Assembly: GCA_036399915.1 (NCBI GenBank)
Contig: DASWME010000254.1
Span: 303-64,302, forward strand
Direction of reading: 5' to 3'
Source of the DNA: Thermoanaerobaculia bacterium
GTDB taxonomy: Bacteria > Acidobacteriota > Thermoanaerobaculia > Multivoradales > UBA5704
DNA length: 64,000 nucleotides
The notes under the pieces: model-generated
What the model was told of the DNA's origin: nothing
Seen by the model: only the letters and a program-made list of their open reading frames with translations
Database searches by the model: none
Program-made: the position numbers and the translations under genes
Shown: piece by piece, positions 36,502 through 48,705 of the stretch
Layout: each line of letters starts with the position of its first letter
Position numbering within the stretch: position 1 is the stretch's first letter

Positions 36502-36530
36502 AAAAACCCCGGCGTACGCCGGGGTTTTTT
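36502..36530. terminator. Bidirectional rho-independent terminator
   Basis: AAAAA-CCCCGGC-gtac-GCCGGGG-TTTTTT. It lies 28 nt after the + strand gene stop and abuts the thiL stop (36530-36532) on the other strand. Confidence 0.75.
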
Positions 36531-37512
36531 CACGGTGCGAGATGATCCCAGCCGATCTCGGGAAGCGGTCGACGTGCACCGTCCTGGATCAGTAGCACGT
36601 CGCGGCGGGTGATCGTTCCGATACGCCGACAGCCGAATTCGGCGGGCGGCGCAAGGCCCGCGGGCAGGGTGAACAGCAGGACGTAATCCTCGCCGCCGCC
36701 TAAGGCCAGCGCGAGCGGATCGGCATCGATCGCTTCGCAAAGGGCCAGGAAGCGATTGGAGAAAGGCAAAGCTTCCGCTTCGATCACCGCGCCGGTGCCG
36801 CTCTCGCGGCAGAGCCGGTGAAGATCGCGGGCGACGCCGTCGGAGACGTCCATGGCGGCGCCTTGCTGCTGCGTTGCGAGCCAGCGGCCTAGCGCGAGCT
36901 GCGGGCGTGGCTGCAGGTGCCGCCGGACCGCCCGCCGCGCAATATCGCGCAACGAGGAAAATGCTTTGAAAGCGGGCGGCAGCTCGACGCGCGAGCCGTG
37001 CAGCCGGGCGCCGCGTTCGATCAGCAAGCGCCCGGCGGCGGATTCGCCCACCGCTCCTCCCAGCCAGAGGTCGTGTCCCGGCAGGGCGCCGTTGCGCGGC
37101 AGCCAGCGCGAGCCCTCGTCTTTCGTTCCAATCAACGTGAGGCTGGCGACGGTCCGCTCCGGGCTCTTCGCGAGGTCGCCTCCGGCGAGCCGCACTCCGT
37201 AGCGGCGGCAGGCCGCGAGCAGCGCGGTGAAGAAACGTTCGTGATCGAAACCGGACGGCGCGGCGAGGGCGAGGAAGGCATAGGCTGGAGAGGCTCCCAT
37301 GGCCGCGAGGTCCGAAAGGTTCACGGCGAGCAGGCGGCGCGCGATCGCGACCGGGTCAAGGTCGGGAGGGAAGTGGACGCCCGCGATCTGGTGATCGACG
37401 GTGACGGCGAGCGGACCGTCCGGCGGCAGCACCGCCGCGTCGTCTCCGATCAGCGGGCCGTCGAGCCGCCGTCGCAGCCAAGCGATCAGACGGTCTTCGC
37501 CAGCGAGCGGGT

Positions 37513-37516
<4 letters not shown>
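36530..37516 (-). CDS. thiL: Thiamine-monophosphate kinase
   Basis: IGDDAAVL, AVNLSDLAAMGA and MDVSDGVARDL motifs. The GTG start overlaps the lon stop (GTGA). Confidence 0.9.
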
Positions 37517-39969
<2,453 letters not shown>

Positions 39970-40412
39970 TATGCAATACCCGAGCCTCTTGCCGCTTGTC
40001 TTCGATCTTGGGGAACTCCAGGGTCAGCAGACCGTCGGCCAGCCGTGCCGTCCCCTGGTGGGTGTTCACCGACGAGAAGACGTGGATCTCGCGGCTGAAC
40101 CGCCCGTGCCCGCGCTCGAGGCAGTGGAACTTGAGCCGCTGGGCGTCCGGCAGGGTGGTGGTGGACTTGGTGCCGGCGATCAGGACGCGGGTGCCCCGCA
40201 CCTCGATGCGCAGGTCGGCGGCGGAGAAGCCGGGCAACTCGGCCAGGATCAGGATCGAGGCCGGCGTCTCGACCACATCGATCGCGGGCTGCCACTCGCC
40301 CAGCGGCAGGTCGCCCTCGCCGATCTGCAGGGCCTCCTGGAAGAGGCGGTCGAGCTCGGCCTGGAAGCGGGAGATGAGGAAGAGGGATTCGAACCGGGCA
40401 GCCATGATCGTC

Positions 40413-40886
40413 TTACGCCTCCTTGGCTTCCTTGCCGGGCTGCAGCAGCGATTTGACCACGTCCATGAAGGCGTCGATGTCCTCGAACCGGCGGTAGACC
40501 GAGGCGAAGCGGACATAGGCGACCTGATCCAGCTCCTTGAGCCGCTCCATGACGAAGGCGCCGATCTCCTGGGTCGAGATCTCCCGGTCCTCGCGCTCGT
40601 TCAGCATCGATTCCGCCTCGTCGACGATGGCCTCCAGCTTCCGCAGGGGGATCGGCCGCTTTTCGCACGCCTTGAGCAGACCTCCGAGGAGCTTCTTGCG
40701 GCTGAACTCCTCGCGGGTGCCGTCGTGCTTGACGACCATGTAGGGGATGTCCTCGATCTGCTCGTAGGAGGTGAAGCGCCGGCCGCAGCTCAGGCACTCG
40801 CGGCGGCGGCGGATGGTGGCGCCGTCGCGGCTCTCCCGCGAGTCGACCACCCGGTCGCGGTTCTCGGAGCAGAAGGGGCAGCGCAT
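40413..40886 (-). CDS. nrdR: Transcriptional repressor NrdR
   Basis: MRCPFCS...VVDSR...CLSCGRRFTSYE zinc ribbon plus an ATP-cone. Confidence 0.95.
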   Translation of the reverse strand: MRCPFCSENRDRVVDSRESRDGATIRRRRECLSCGRRFTSYEQIEDIPYMVVKHDGTREEFSRKKLLGGLLKACEKRPIPLRKLEAIVDEAESMLNEREDREISTQEIGAFVMERLKELDQVAYVRFASVYRRFEDIDAFMDVVKSLLQPGKEAKEA

Positions 40887-40921
40887 GGTTCGGGGGGACG
40901 CTGGCTCCGGGAGGCGTCCCT

Positions 40922-41929
40922 CTACTCCTTGGCGTTCAGGGCGATGTCGAGGCGCAGGAGGAGCTTTTCCAAGCCGGCGGCGTCCTTGATCTCGACCTGG
41001 AGGTCGCGCACCGCGTCCATGACCCGGTGCTGGTCGTCCTCCACCTGGAAGCTGACCAGGAAGCGGCGGGCGCGCTGGAAGTCGGCACGCCGCAGCGTCA
41101 TCTCGATGGTCCGGGACAGCTCCCCCCGGCCGTTGGTGGCGGCGGGAGGGGTGGCGGCCGGTCTCGCAGCGGGAGAGGCCGCAGCCGCCGACGGCGGCTG
41201 CATGGCTTCGCGCCGCAGCTTCTCGAGTTCGGAGAGCACGTCCACCGCGCGGGGCTTGCCGATAGGCGGCGCCTTCGGGGGCGCCGGCGCCGCGGGCGCC
41301 GGCCTGGCGGTGGCGGGGCGCACGGGCGCGGACTCGCTACGGCCCAGCCGCTTCTTAAGCGAGAGCAGCGTGTGCTTGGAAATCCCCTTGAGGGTCTCGA
41401 ACACCCCTGCTCCAGTCACCGCCGAGGCCTCGAACCAGGGCCATTCCCCCCGGTTGAGGGCCGCGTTCAGCTCCTCGATCGAACAGATGTCGGCGAGGTC
41501 GCGCTTGTTGTACTGGAGGACGATGGGCAGGGTGTCCAGCGTCAGCCCCATCTCCGCCAGGTTCTCCTCGAGGTTGCGGAAGGAGTCGAGATTGGCCTGC
41601 AGCATCGGCCGCTGCGAGTCGGCCACGAAGACCACCCCGTCCACCCCCTTGAGCACCAGCTTGCGGGTGGTGTTGTAGAAAACCTGGCCGGGCACGGTGT
41701 AGAGCTGGATGCGGGTGTTGAAGCCGGCGATGGAGCCCACGTCGATGGGCAGCAGGTCGAAGAAGAGGGTGCGGTCCGTCTCGGTCTCGAGCGACACCAT
41801 CTCCCCCCGCGACTCGCCGGCAGTGTGCTGGTAGATGTAGTGGAGGTTGGTTGTCTTGCCGCACAGCCCCGGGCCGTAGTAGACGACCTTGGCCGCCATC
41901 TGCATCGTGCTGTAATTGAAGAACACCAT
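40922..41929 (-). CDS. mglA: MglA-like Ras-family GTPase with a ~140-aa C-terminal extension
   Basis: From ATG 41929: MVFFNYSTMQMAAKVVYYGPGLCGKTTNL...TETDRTLFFD...LYTVPGQVFY...VFVADSQ...QYNKRDL closely parallels M. xanthus MglA as I recall it. It is followed by a Pro/Ala-rich linker and a ~70-aa tail. The upper part of ORF 40922..42838 is an artefact. Confidence 0.85.
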   Translation of the reverse strand: MVFFNYSTMQMAAKVVYYGPGLCGKTTNLHYIYQHTAGESRGEMVSLETETDRTLFFDLLPIDVGSIAGFNTRIQLYTVPGQVFYNTTRKLVLKGVDGVVFVADSQRPMLQANLDSFRNLEENLAEMGLTLDTLPIVLQYNKRDLADICSIEELNAALNRGEWPWFEASAVTGAGVFETLKGISKHTLLSLKKRLGRSESAPVRPATARPAPAAPAPPKAPPIGKPRAVDVLSELEKLRREAMQPPSAAAASPAARPAATPPAATNGRGELSRTIEMTLRRADFQRARRFLVSFQVEDDQHRVMDAVRDLQVEIKDAAGLEKLLLRLDIALNAKE

Positions 41930-42000
41930 GGGGATGTACGCGGGTTGAATCGGGGCCTCAAATGGGATTCCGGAGCATAGCACCCGCCCCCGGGGTTGCG

Positions 42001-42831
42001 TCAATCCGACCGCCCGGTCTGGCGCAGGGTCTCGAGGGTGAGGAACAAGGCCAGGGGGAGCTTGCCGGGATCGAGGTGCCGCAGGGCTTCCAGGTGGCGG
42101 ACAAGGGTGGCACGGTCCTCCCGCGCCGCCGGGCCCGTAATGACGGATGACAGGGGCCGGCCGGCGTCCAGGGTCTCCCGGGCGGCGGCCACGGCGCCCC
42201 GGGCCAGCTCCAGATAGCCCCGCGTCACCTCCTCCGGCAGGGCGAGCCGCCCCGCGATCTCCGCCGCCGCGGCGAGCAGGGTGACCACACCCCCGGCCGC
42301 CAGGGTCGCCGCAAAGTGGTAGAGCGGGCGGGCCGCGGCCGGCACCTCGGCGGCTACGCCCTCCCAGGCGGCCGCCAGCCGGCGGGCCAGCTCCTGGGCC
42401 GCCGGATCGCCGTCCACGGCGAAGAACACTCCCCGCGCCTCCGCCCAATCGGGCAGCGGCCGGGGGAAGGCCTTCAAGGGGTGCAGCGAGCCTACGGCCG
42501 AGCCCGCCGCCTGCAGCTCGCCCAGGGCGGAGGCGTCCAGGATTCCCGAGGTGTGGAGGGCCACCCGGGCCTGCGGGCGCCGGGCGAGCTCCCGGGCCGC
42601 CTCGTGGAGGTTCCCGTCGCTCACCGCCACCAGGAGGAGATCCTGCCCCGCCGTATCGAGGTCCCGCAGGTTTCCGCAGGGCGGTCCGCCCGGCCAAGCG
42701 GCCTTCCGGGGGCGCCGTCCGGCGACCCCGGCCAGCTCTGCCCCGGCCGCGATGGCCCAGCGTGCGAGGCTCGAACCGACCTTGCCAGGACCAGCCACGG
42801 AGAAGCGGAGACCCACCAGGGGAGCTGTCAT
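42001..42831 (-). CDS. Rossmann-fold protein, DUF2520/ProC-like
   Basis: FSVAGPGKVGSSLA N-terminus. The C-terminal region with PLYHFAATLAAGG and ITGPAAREDRATL is typical of DUF2520. Confidence 0.65.
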   Translation of the reverse strand: MTAPLVGLRFSVAGPGKVGSSLARWAIAAGAELAGVAGRRPRKAAWPGGPPCGNLRDLDTAGQDLLLVAVSDGNLHEAARELARRPQARVALHTSGILDASALGELQAAGSAVGSLHPLKAFPRPLPDWAEARGVFFAVDGDPAAQELARRLAAAWEGVAAEVPAAARPLYHFAATLAAGGVVTLLAAAAEIAGRLALPEEVTRGYLELARGAVAAARETLDAGRPLSSVITGPAAREDRATLVRHLEALRHLDPGKLPLALFLTLETLRQTGRSD

Positions 42832-42895
42832 GATGCAACGATAGCAGAATTGCGCCTCAAGTCACTTGTCTTCAGTAGTTTGGCTCGCGCGCGTC

Positions 42896-42924
42896 TTGAC
42901 ACGGAGGCCCTGGAAGGCTACCAT
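42896..42924 (+). promoter_or_regulatory. Candidate sigma-70 promoter of the hrcA operon
   Basis: TTGACA (42896-42901), a 17-nt spacer, then TACCAT (42919-42924). It lies immediately upstream of CIRCE. Confidence 0.45.
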
Positions 42925-42927
42925 GAC

Positions 42928-42954
42928 TTAGCACTCTCATGGTGAGAGTGCTAG
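42928..42954 (+). promoter_or_regulatory. CIRCE operator (HrcA binding site)
   Basis: TTAGCACTC-tcatggtga-GAGTGCTAg versus the consensus TTAGCACTC-N9-GAGTGCTAA. It lies 19 nt upstream of the hrcA ATG. Confidence 0.9.
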
Positions 42955-42972
42955 CCCTTTCGGGACGAGAGC

Positions 42973-44037
42973 ATGCCGGACCATGGAAAGCTGACCGCCC
43001 GGGATCGGGAGATCCTGAAGGACGTCATCCTGACCTATATCCTGGGCGCGGAGCCGGTCAGCTCGCGCTCGGTGGCCAAGCACGGCAAGCTCGGCCTCTC
43101 GGCCGCCACCATCCGCAACGTGATGGCCGACCTCGAGGAATGGGGATACCTGATGCAGCCGCACACCTCGGCGGGGCGGGTCCCCACCGCGGCGGCCTAT
43201 CACCTCTTCATCGGCTCTATGATGGAGGCGCGCTCGGTGCCGGCCCGGGAGCGGCGCTATATCCAGGAGAACCTCAAGGGCGGGTCGGCCGACGCCGACC
43301 AGCTCATGGGCACGGCGTCCCACCTCCTCTCGGAGCTGTCGAGCCAGGTGGGCATCGTGGTCACCCCGGCCATGGGGGAGACGGTGCTCAAGGCCGTGGA
43401 CTTCATCCCGGTCTCGGGCCGTAAGGTCCTATGCGTCGTGGTGTCCTCCACCGGCTTCATCGACAACAAGGTGATCGAGACGGAAGAGGAGGTCCCCCGC
43501 GAAGAGCTGGTGCGGATCTCGAGCTACCTGACCGAGAGCTTCGCAGGCCACACCCTGCGGGAGATCCGCGAGCGGCTGCTGCGGATGATGGGCGAGGAGC
43601 GGGCGCAGATGGATCGGGTCCTGGCGCGCACCATCGAGCTGGCGCGGAACGGTTTCTCCGTGGGCGAAACCCCGGGCGTGGTGGTGGACGGCACCTCCAT
43701 GCTCCTCTCCAAGCCCGAGCTGTCCGACGTGCAGCGGGTGCGGCGGATGTTCGAGGCGTTCGCGGACAAGGCGCGCTTGGTGAAGATCCTCAACCAGTGC
43801 ATCCAGGGGGGTGGCGTGCGGGTGCTGATCGGCGAGGACAGCGAGCTGACCTCGGAGCTGGACTTCAGCGTCGTGGCGACGCCTTACGGCTTGGGGGACC
43901 GGGCCCTCGGCACCCTGGGGATCGTCGGCCCCTCCCGGATGGACTATGAGAAGGTCATTCCCCTGGTGAATTTCCTGGGAGAGACCCTGAGCCGGGCCCT
44001 GGCCGAGACCTTCTCCGGGGAGCCCGAGCGGCGATAG
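42973..44037 (+). CDS. hrcA: Heat-inducible transcription repressor HrcA
   Basis: LTARDREILKDVILTYILGAEPVSSRSVAK...ATIRNVMADLEEWGYL. Confidence 0.92.
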   Translation: MPDHGKLTARDREILKDVILTYILGAEPVSSRSVAKHGKLGLSAATIRNVMADLEEWGYLMQPHTSAGRVPTAAAYHLFIGSMMEARSVPARERRYIQENLKGGSADADQLMGTASHLLSELSSQVGIVVTPAMGETVLKAVDFIPVSGRKVLCVVVSSTGFIDNKVIETEEEVPREELVRISSYLTESFAGHTLREIRERLLRMMGEERAQMDRVLARTIELARNGFSVGETPGVVVDGTSMLLSKPELSDVQRVRRMFEAFADKARLVKILNQCIQGGGVRVLIGEDSELTSELDFSVVATPYGLGDRALGTLGIVGPSRMDYEKVIPLVNFLGETLSRALAETFSGEPERR

Positions 44038-44099
44038 GAACGAAAGATCAAGCTTATATCTATACAGAGGACGGAGACGAGCAGACGAGCGAGGACGGT

Positions 44100-44756
44100 A
44101 TGGCAGACGACGTGAAAAACGCGGGGGACGCCCCCGAGGTGGCCCTTGACCTGGATGAGCAGAACACCGACCTGGAGACCGCGATGCGTGAGGCCGTGGC
44201 GGCGGTGGAGGAGGTCGAGACGGGGTCCCGGCCGGACGCCTCCGCCGGCGACACCGACGCCGAGGAGGTGGCCAGGCTGCGGCAGGAGATCGCCGACCTG
44301 CGCGACCGCTCCATGCGCACCCTGGCCGATTTCGACAACTTCCGCAAACGCAGCGAGCGCGAGCGTCAGGATCTGAAGCGCTACGCCCTGCTCGAGCCGA
44401 TGCGCGAGTTCCTCACCGTGGCCGACAACCTCGGGCTGGCGCTGTCGGCCGAGGGGTCCGCCGAGGACCTCAAGCGCGGCGTCGAGATGATTCACCGCCA
44501 GATGACTGAGCTGCTGCGTCGATTCGGCGTCACCGAGGTGCCGGCCGTGGGCCAGGCGTTCGATCCCACGGTGCACGAGGCGGTCTCCCGCGAGGAGAGC
44601 GCGGAGGTGAAGGCGCCCACCGTGACCGCCGAGCTGCGGCGCGGCTACCGGATGCACGACCGATTGCTGCGCCCGGCCATGGTCAAGGTCGCGGTGCCGG
44701 CCGAGACGGTGCCCGCCACGGCGGCCGGCAGCAGCGAGGAGGGCCCCGCCCTCTGA
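44100..44756 (+). CDS. grpE: Nucleotide exchange factor GrpE
   Basis: RTLADFDNFRKRSERE...FDPTVHEAV...GYRMHDRLLRPAMVKV. Confidence 0.92.
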   Translation: MADDVKNAGDAPEVALDLDEQNTDLETAMREAVAAVEEVETGSRPDASAGDTDAEEVARLRQEIADLRDRSMRTLADFDNFRKRSERERQDLKRYALLEPMREFLTVADNLGLALSAEGSAEDLKRGVEMIHRQMTELLRRFGVTEVPAVGQAFDPTVHEAVSREESAEVKAPTVTAELRRGYRMHDRLLRPAMVKVAVPAETVPATAAGSSEEGPAL

Positions 44757-44793
44757 TTCGGCTCCCCCGCCCATGAGCCCTCGCCTCACCGGG

Positions 44794-44820
44794 CCCTCCT
44801 CTCCAAGAAGGAGAGGAGGG
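44794..44820 (+). other. Perfect 11-bp stem-loop between grpE and dnaK
   Basis: CCCTCCTCTCC-aagaa-GGAGAGGAGGG, with no following T-tract. It lies 38 nt after the grpE stop and 69 nt before the dnaK ATG. Confidence 0.5.
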
Positions 44821-44888
44821 AGGGCTGCGCGTACAATAGGCGGAACTTCGGACCCGGCCACGGCCACGACTTTGGGCGAGCATCCGCG

Positions 44889-46721
44889 ATGAGCAAGATC
44901 CTCGGCATCGACCTCGGCACCACCAACAGTTGCGCCGCCATCGTGGAAGCCACGGCGCCGGTCGTGCTACCGAACCGCGAGGGGAGCCGCACGACCGCCT
45001 CCATCGTCGCCTTCTCCGAGGAGGGGGACCGCCTGGTGGGGCAGATCGCCAAGCGCCAGGCGATCACCAATCCCCAGAACACGGTCTTTGCCGTCAAGCG
45101 CCTGATCGGCCGCAAGTTCCGGGACTCCCAGGTCGAGCGGGCGCGCCAGATCCTCCCCTACAGCCTGGTCGAGGCGGTCAACGGCGACGTCAAGATCGAG
45201 ATCCGCGACCGCCAGTACAGCCCGGAGGAGATCTCGGCCCTGATCCTGCGCGAGGTCAGGGACTTCGTGGAGGAGCACCTGGGCGAGGAGGTGCGGGAGG
45301 CGGTCATCACCGTCCCCGCCTATTTCAACGACTCGCAACGCCAGGCCACCAAGGACGCCGGCAAGATCGCCGGTCTCGACGTCGTGCGCATCCTCAACGA
45401 GCCCACCGCCGCGGCCCTGGCCTACGGCCTCGACCACCAGGAGGGCACCAATACCATCGCCGTCTACGACCTGGGGGGCGGCACCTTCGACATCTCCATC
45501 CTCCAGCTCTCGCAGGGAATCTTCGAGGTGCGCTCCACGGCGGGCGACACCTATCTCGGCGGCGAGGACTTCGACCAGCGCATCATGGACTGGCTGATCG
45601 AGGACTTCCGGGCCGAGACCGGCCTCGACCTGCGGGACGACCGCATGGCCCTCCAGCGCCTAAAGGAGGCGGCGGAGCGCGCCAAGTGCGAGCTGTCGAC
45701 CGCCGAGGAGACCGCGATCAACCTGCCGTTCATCTCGGCCGATCGCACCGGCCCGCGCCACCTCGCCCGCACCTTGAGCCGCAACCATTTCGAGGAGCTG
45801 GTGCGCGACCTGGTGGAGCGCACCGAGGATCCCTGCCGCGACGCCTTGAAGCAGGCCGGCCTGCGGGCCGACCAGATCGACGAGGTGCTGCTCGTGGGGG
45901 GGCAGACCCGCACCCCTCTGGTGGCCCGTACCGTGGAGCGGATCTTCGGCCGCAGGCCCAACCGCGAGATCAACCCCGACGAGGTGGTGGCCGTGGGCGC
46001 GGCCATCCAGGGCGGCATCCTGCGCGGCGACATCAAGGACCTCGTCCTCCTCGACGTGACCCCGCTGTCGCTCGGCGTCGAGACCCAGGGGGGGCTCTTC
46101 ACCCGGCTGATCGAGCGCAACTCCACGATCCCGACCAAGAACACCCAGATCTTCACCACGGTGGTGGACAACCAGAGCACGGTGGAGGTCCACGTCCTGC
46201 AGGGGGAGCGCCAGATCGCCGCCGAGAACAAGTCGCTCGGCCGCTTCGAGCTGGTGGGCATACCGTCGGCCCCCCGCGGTGTTCCCCAGATCGAGGTGAC
46301 GTTCGCCATCGACTCCAACGGCATCGTCAACGTCTCGGCCCGCGACGTGGCGACGAACCTCTCGCAGAGCATTCAGATCAACCCCGCGGGGGGCCTCTCC
46401 GAGGAGGAGGTCCAGCGCCTGGTCTCGGAGGCGGACAGGAACTCCCAGGCCGACGTGGAACGCAGCGCGATCCGCCAGCTCAAGAACCGTCTGGAGGGGC
46501 TGATCTACAGCAACGACCGGGTCTTCGGGCAGTTCCGGGACATGCTCCAGGAGGCCGACGCGAAGAAGATCAACGAATCACTGCTGCAGGCACGCATGGC
46601 GCTGAACAACGAGCAGCGCGCCGAGCTGGAGGCCGCGATCTACGACCTGAACACCGTCTCCCGCACGCTCTCCGACGTGATGCTCACCCGCGCGGGCGGC
46701 CCCGGCCAGGCGAAAGGTTAG
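44889..46721 (+). CDS. dnaK: Molecular chaperone DnaK (Hsp70)
   Basis: [27 protein letters not shown] and [11 protein letters not shown]. Confidence 0.97.
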   Translation: MSKILGIDLGTTNSCAAIVEATAPVVLPNREGSRTTASIVAFSEEGDRLVGQIAKRQAITNPQNTVFAVKRLIGRKFRDSQVERARQILPYSLVEAVNGDVKIEIRDRQYSPEEISALILREVRDFVEEHLGEEVREAVITVPAYFNDSQRQATKDAGKIAGLDVVRILNEPTAAALAYGLDHQEGTNTIAVYDLGGGTFDISILQLSQGIFEVRSTAGDTYLGGEDFDQRIMDWLIEDFRAETGLDLRDDRMALQRLKEAAERAKCELSTAEETAINLPFISADRTGPRHLARTLSRNHFEELVRDLVERTEDPCRDALKQAGLRADQIDEVLLVGGQTRTPLVARTVERIFGRRPNREINPDEVVAVGAAIQGGILRGDIKDLVLLDVTPLSLGVETQGGLFTRLIERNSTIPTKNTQIFTTVVDNQSTVEVHVLQGERQIAAENKSLGRFELVGIPSAPRGVPQIEVTFAIDSNGIVNVSARDVATNLSQSIQINPAGGLSEEEVQRLVSEADRNSQADVERSAIRQLKNRLEGLIYSNDRVFGQFRDMLQEADAKKINESLLQARMALNNEQRAELEAAIYDLNTVSRTLSDVMLTRAGGPGQAKG

Positions 46722-46728
46722 ACGAGGA

Positions 46729-47847
46729 ATGGCGAAACGCGACTACTACGAGGTGCTGGGGATCGGCCGCAGCGCCACCCAGCAGGAGATCAAGTCGGCC
46801 TACCGCAAGATCGCGGTGCGCGACCATCCGGACAGGAACCCCGGCGACAAGGACGCCGAGGAGCGCTTCAAGGAAGCCGCCGAGGCCTACGCCGTGCTCT
46901 CCGACTCCGAGAAGCGGGCACGCTACGACCGCTTCGGCCACCAGGGGGTGTCCGGCCCGGGCGCCGGCGGGTTCGACCCGACGATCTTCGCCGATTTCTC
47001 CGACATTCTGGGCGATATCTTCGGCTTCGGCGGCTTTGGAGGGCGACGGGGGGGCGGCGGCTCGGGGCTGACCCGGGGCGCCGACCTGCGCTACGACCTG
47101 ACGTTGACCTTCGAGGAGGCGGCGTTCGGCACCGAGACGACGCTGCGCATCCCGCGGCTGGAGACCTGCCCGAAGTGCTCCGGCTCGGGCAGCGTCAAGG
47201 ACGCGCCCCCGGCCGTCTGCTCCGCCTGTGGCGGCCGCGGCCAGGTGCGGTTCACCCAGGGGTTCTTCACTGTGGCCCGCACCTGCCCGCAGTGCCAGGG
47301 CGAGGGGCGGGTGATCTCCGATCCCTGCGAGGAGTGCCGCGGCGAAGGAAGGGTGGAGCGCGAGCGCTCGATCACGGTCAAGATCCCCGCCGGGGTGGAC
47401 ACCGGCGCCCGCCTGCGCCTCTCCGGAGAGGGGGAGCACGGCCGGCGCGGCGGCCCGCCGGGCGACCTCTACGTCGTCCTCCAAGTCCGGCCCCACAAGC
47501 ACTTCCGCCGCGACGGCTCCACCGTGCTCTCGCGCATGACCATCCACTACGCCCAGGCGGTGCTGGGGACCACGGCCGAGGTGGACACGCTGCATGGCAA
47601 GACGCCGCTCGACGTCCCGGCAGGCACGCCGCACGGCCGCGACTTCCGCCTGCGCGGCCAGGGGATCGACCGCCTCGACGGCAGCGGCCGGGGCGACCAC
47701 GTCGTCACCGTCGAGGTCGAGGTGCCCAACCCCCGCGACCTCTCTGCCGAGGAGGTCCAGCTCCTCCGCCGGCTGGCCGAGATCGGTGGCTACCCTGTCA
47801 AGGAGGAGAAGACCGTCCTCGACCGGGTGAAGAACCTGTTCGGATAA
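46729..47847 (+). CDS. dnaJ: Molecular chaperone DnaJ
   Basis: J-domain with HPDRNPG, a G/F region and four CxxCxGxG repeats. Confidence 0.95.
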   Translation: MAKRDYYEVLGIGRSATQQEIKSAYRKIAVRDHPDRNPGDKDAEERFKEAAEAYAVLSDSEKRARYDRFGHQGVSGPGAGGFDPTIFADFSDILGDIFGFGGFGGRRGGGGSGLTRGADLRYDLTLTFEEAAFGTETTLRIPRLETCPKCSGSGSVKDAPPAVCSACGGRGQVRFTQGFFTVARTCPQCQGEGRVISDPCEECRGEGRVERERSITVKIPAGVDTGARLRLSGEGEHGRRGGPPGDLYVVLQVRPHKHFRRDGSTVLSRMTIHYAQAVLGTTAEVDTLHGKTPLDVPAGTPHGRDFRLRGQGIDRLDGSGRGDHVVTVEVEVPNPRDLSAEEVQLLRRLAEIGGYPVKEEKTVLDRVKNLFG

Positions 47848-48699
47848 GTGCCTTACCGCCGTCTCCTCTACCGGCTGCCACCCGATCTCGAGGACGTTCT
47901 CGTCGCCGAGTTGTGGCTCGCCGGCACGCAGGGCGTCCAATCCTCCGCCGATACGGACGGCCGCCTGTGCGTCGAGGCGTATTTCCCGTCGGAGTCGCGG
48001 CCATCCGGATTGGATTTGCCAGCAGGGATTGATCTGGAGGTCGACGAGATCCTGCCCGACGCCGACTGGTTCGCCGCGTACCGCGAGCGGGCCCTGCCCT
48101 TCCCCGTGGGCCGAACGCTGTTCGTGGATCCCCGCGAGCCCGGCGAGACGCCAACCGAAATGCCCGCAGGGCGGCGGCTGCTCCGTCTGCCCGCCCGCGC
48201 CGCCTTCGGCACCGGCAGCCATGAGTCCACCTCCCTCGCCCTGGAGCTGCTGGAGGACGCGGACGTCCGGGACCGGCGGGTGCTCGACGTGGGGACCGGC
48301 ACCGGCGTCCTCGGCTTTGCCGCACTCCTCTTCGGAGCCCGCTCTGTGGTGGGGTTCGACGCAGACCCGGCCGCGCCGTTCCACGCCCGGGACAACAGCG
48401 GCCTGAACGGCCTCGGTCCGCTCCTCTTCGCCGGGCGCTTGGCGGCGCTCCGGGAGCGACCCCTCTTCGACCTCGCCCTGGTCAACGTGGTGCCGGAAGA
48501 GATCCTCCCCGAGATGCCCGATCTGGTCCGGCTCCTGCGGCCTTACAGCCAGATCATCCTCTCGGGCATCCTTGCCGAGCGAGGCCAGGAGGTGCTGGAC
48601 CGGCTATGGGGCTTTGGGTTTGTGGAGCGGGACCGGCGGGAAGCGGGGGAGTGGGTGGCGTTCCGGGTAGGAATGGAGGCGCATGCCTCATCCTTATAG
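47848..48699 (+). CDS. prmA: Ribosomal protein L11 methyltransferase
   Basis: AFGTGSHESTSLALELL and VLDVGTGTGVLG. The GTG start is immediately after the dnaJ stop. Confidence 0.85.
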   Translation: MPYRRLLYRLPPDLEDVLVAELWLAGTQGVQSSADTDGRLCVEAYFPSESRPSGLDLPAGIDLEVDEILPDADWFAAYRERALPFPVGRTLFVDPREPGETPTEMPAGRRLLRLPARAAFGTGSHESTSLALELLEDADVRDRRVLDVGTGTGVLGFAALLFGARSVVGFDADPAAPFHARDNSGLNGLGPLLFAGRLAALRERPLFDLALVNVVPEEILPEMPDLVRLLRPYSQIILSGILAERGQEVLDRLWGFGFVERDRREAGEWVAFRVGMEAHASSL

Positions 48700-48705
48700 A
48701 CAAAA

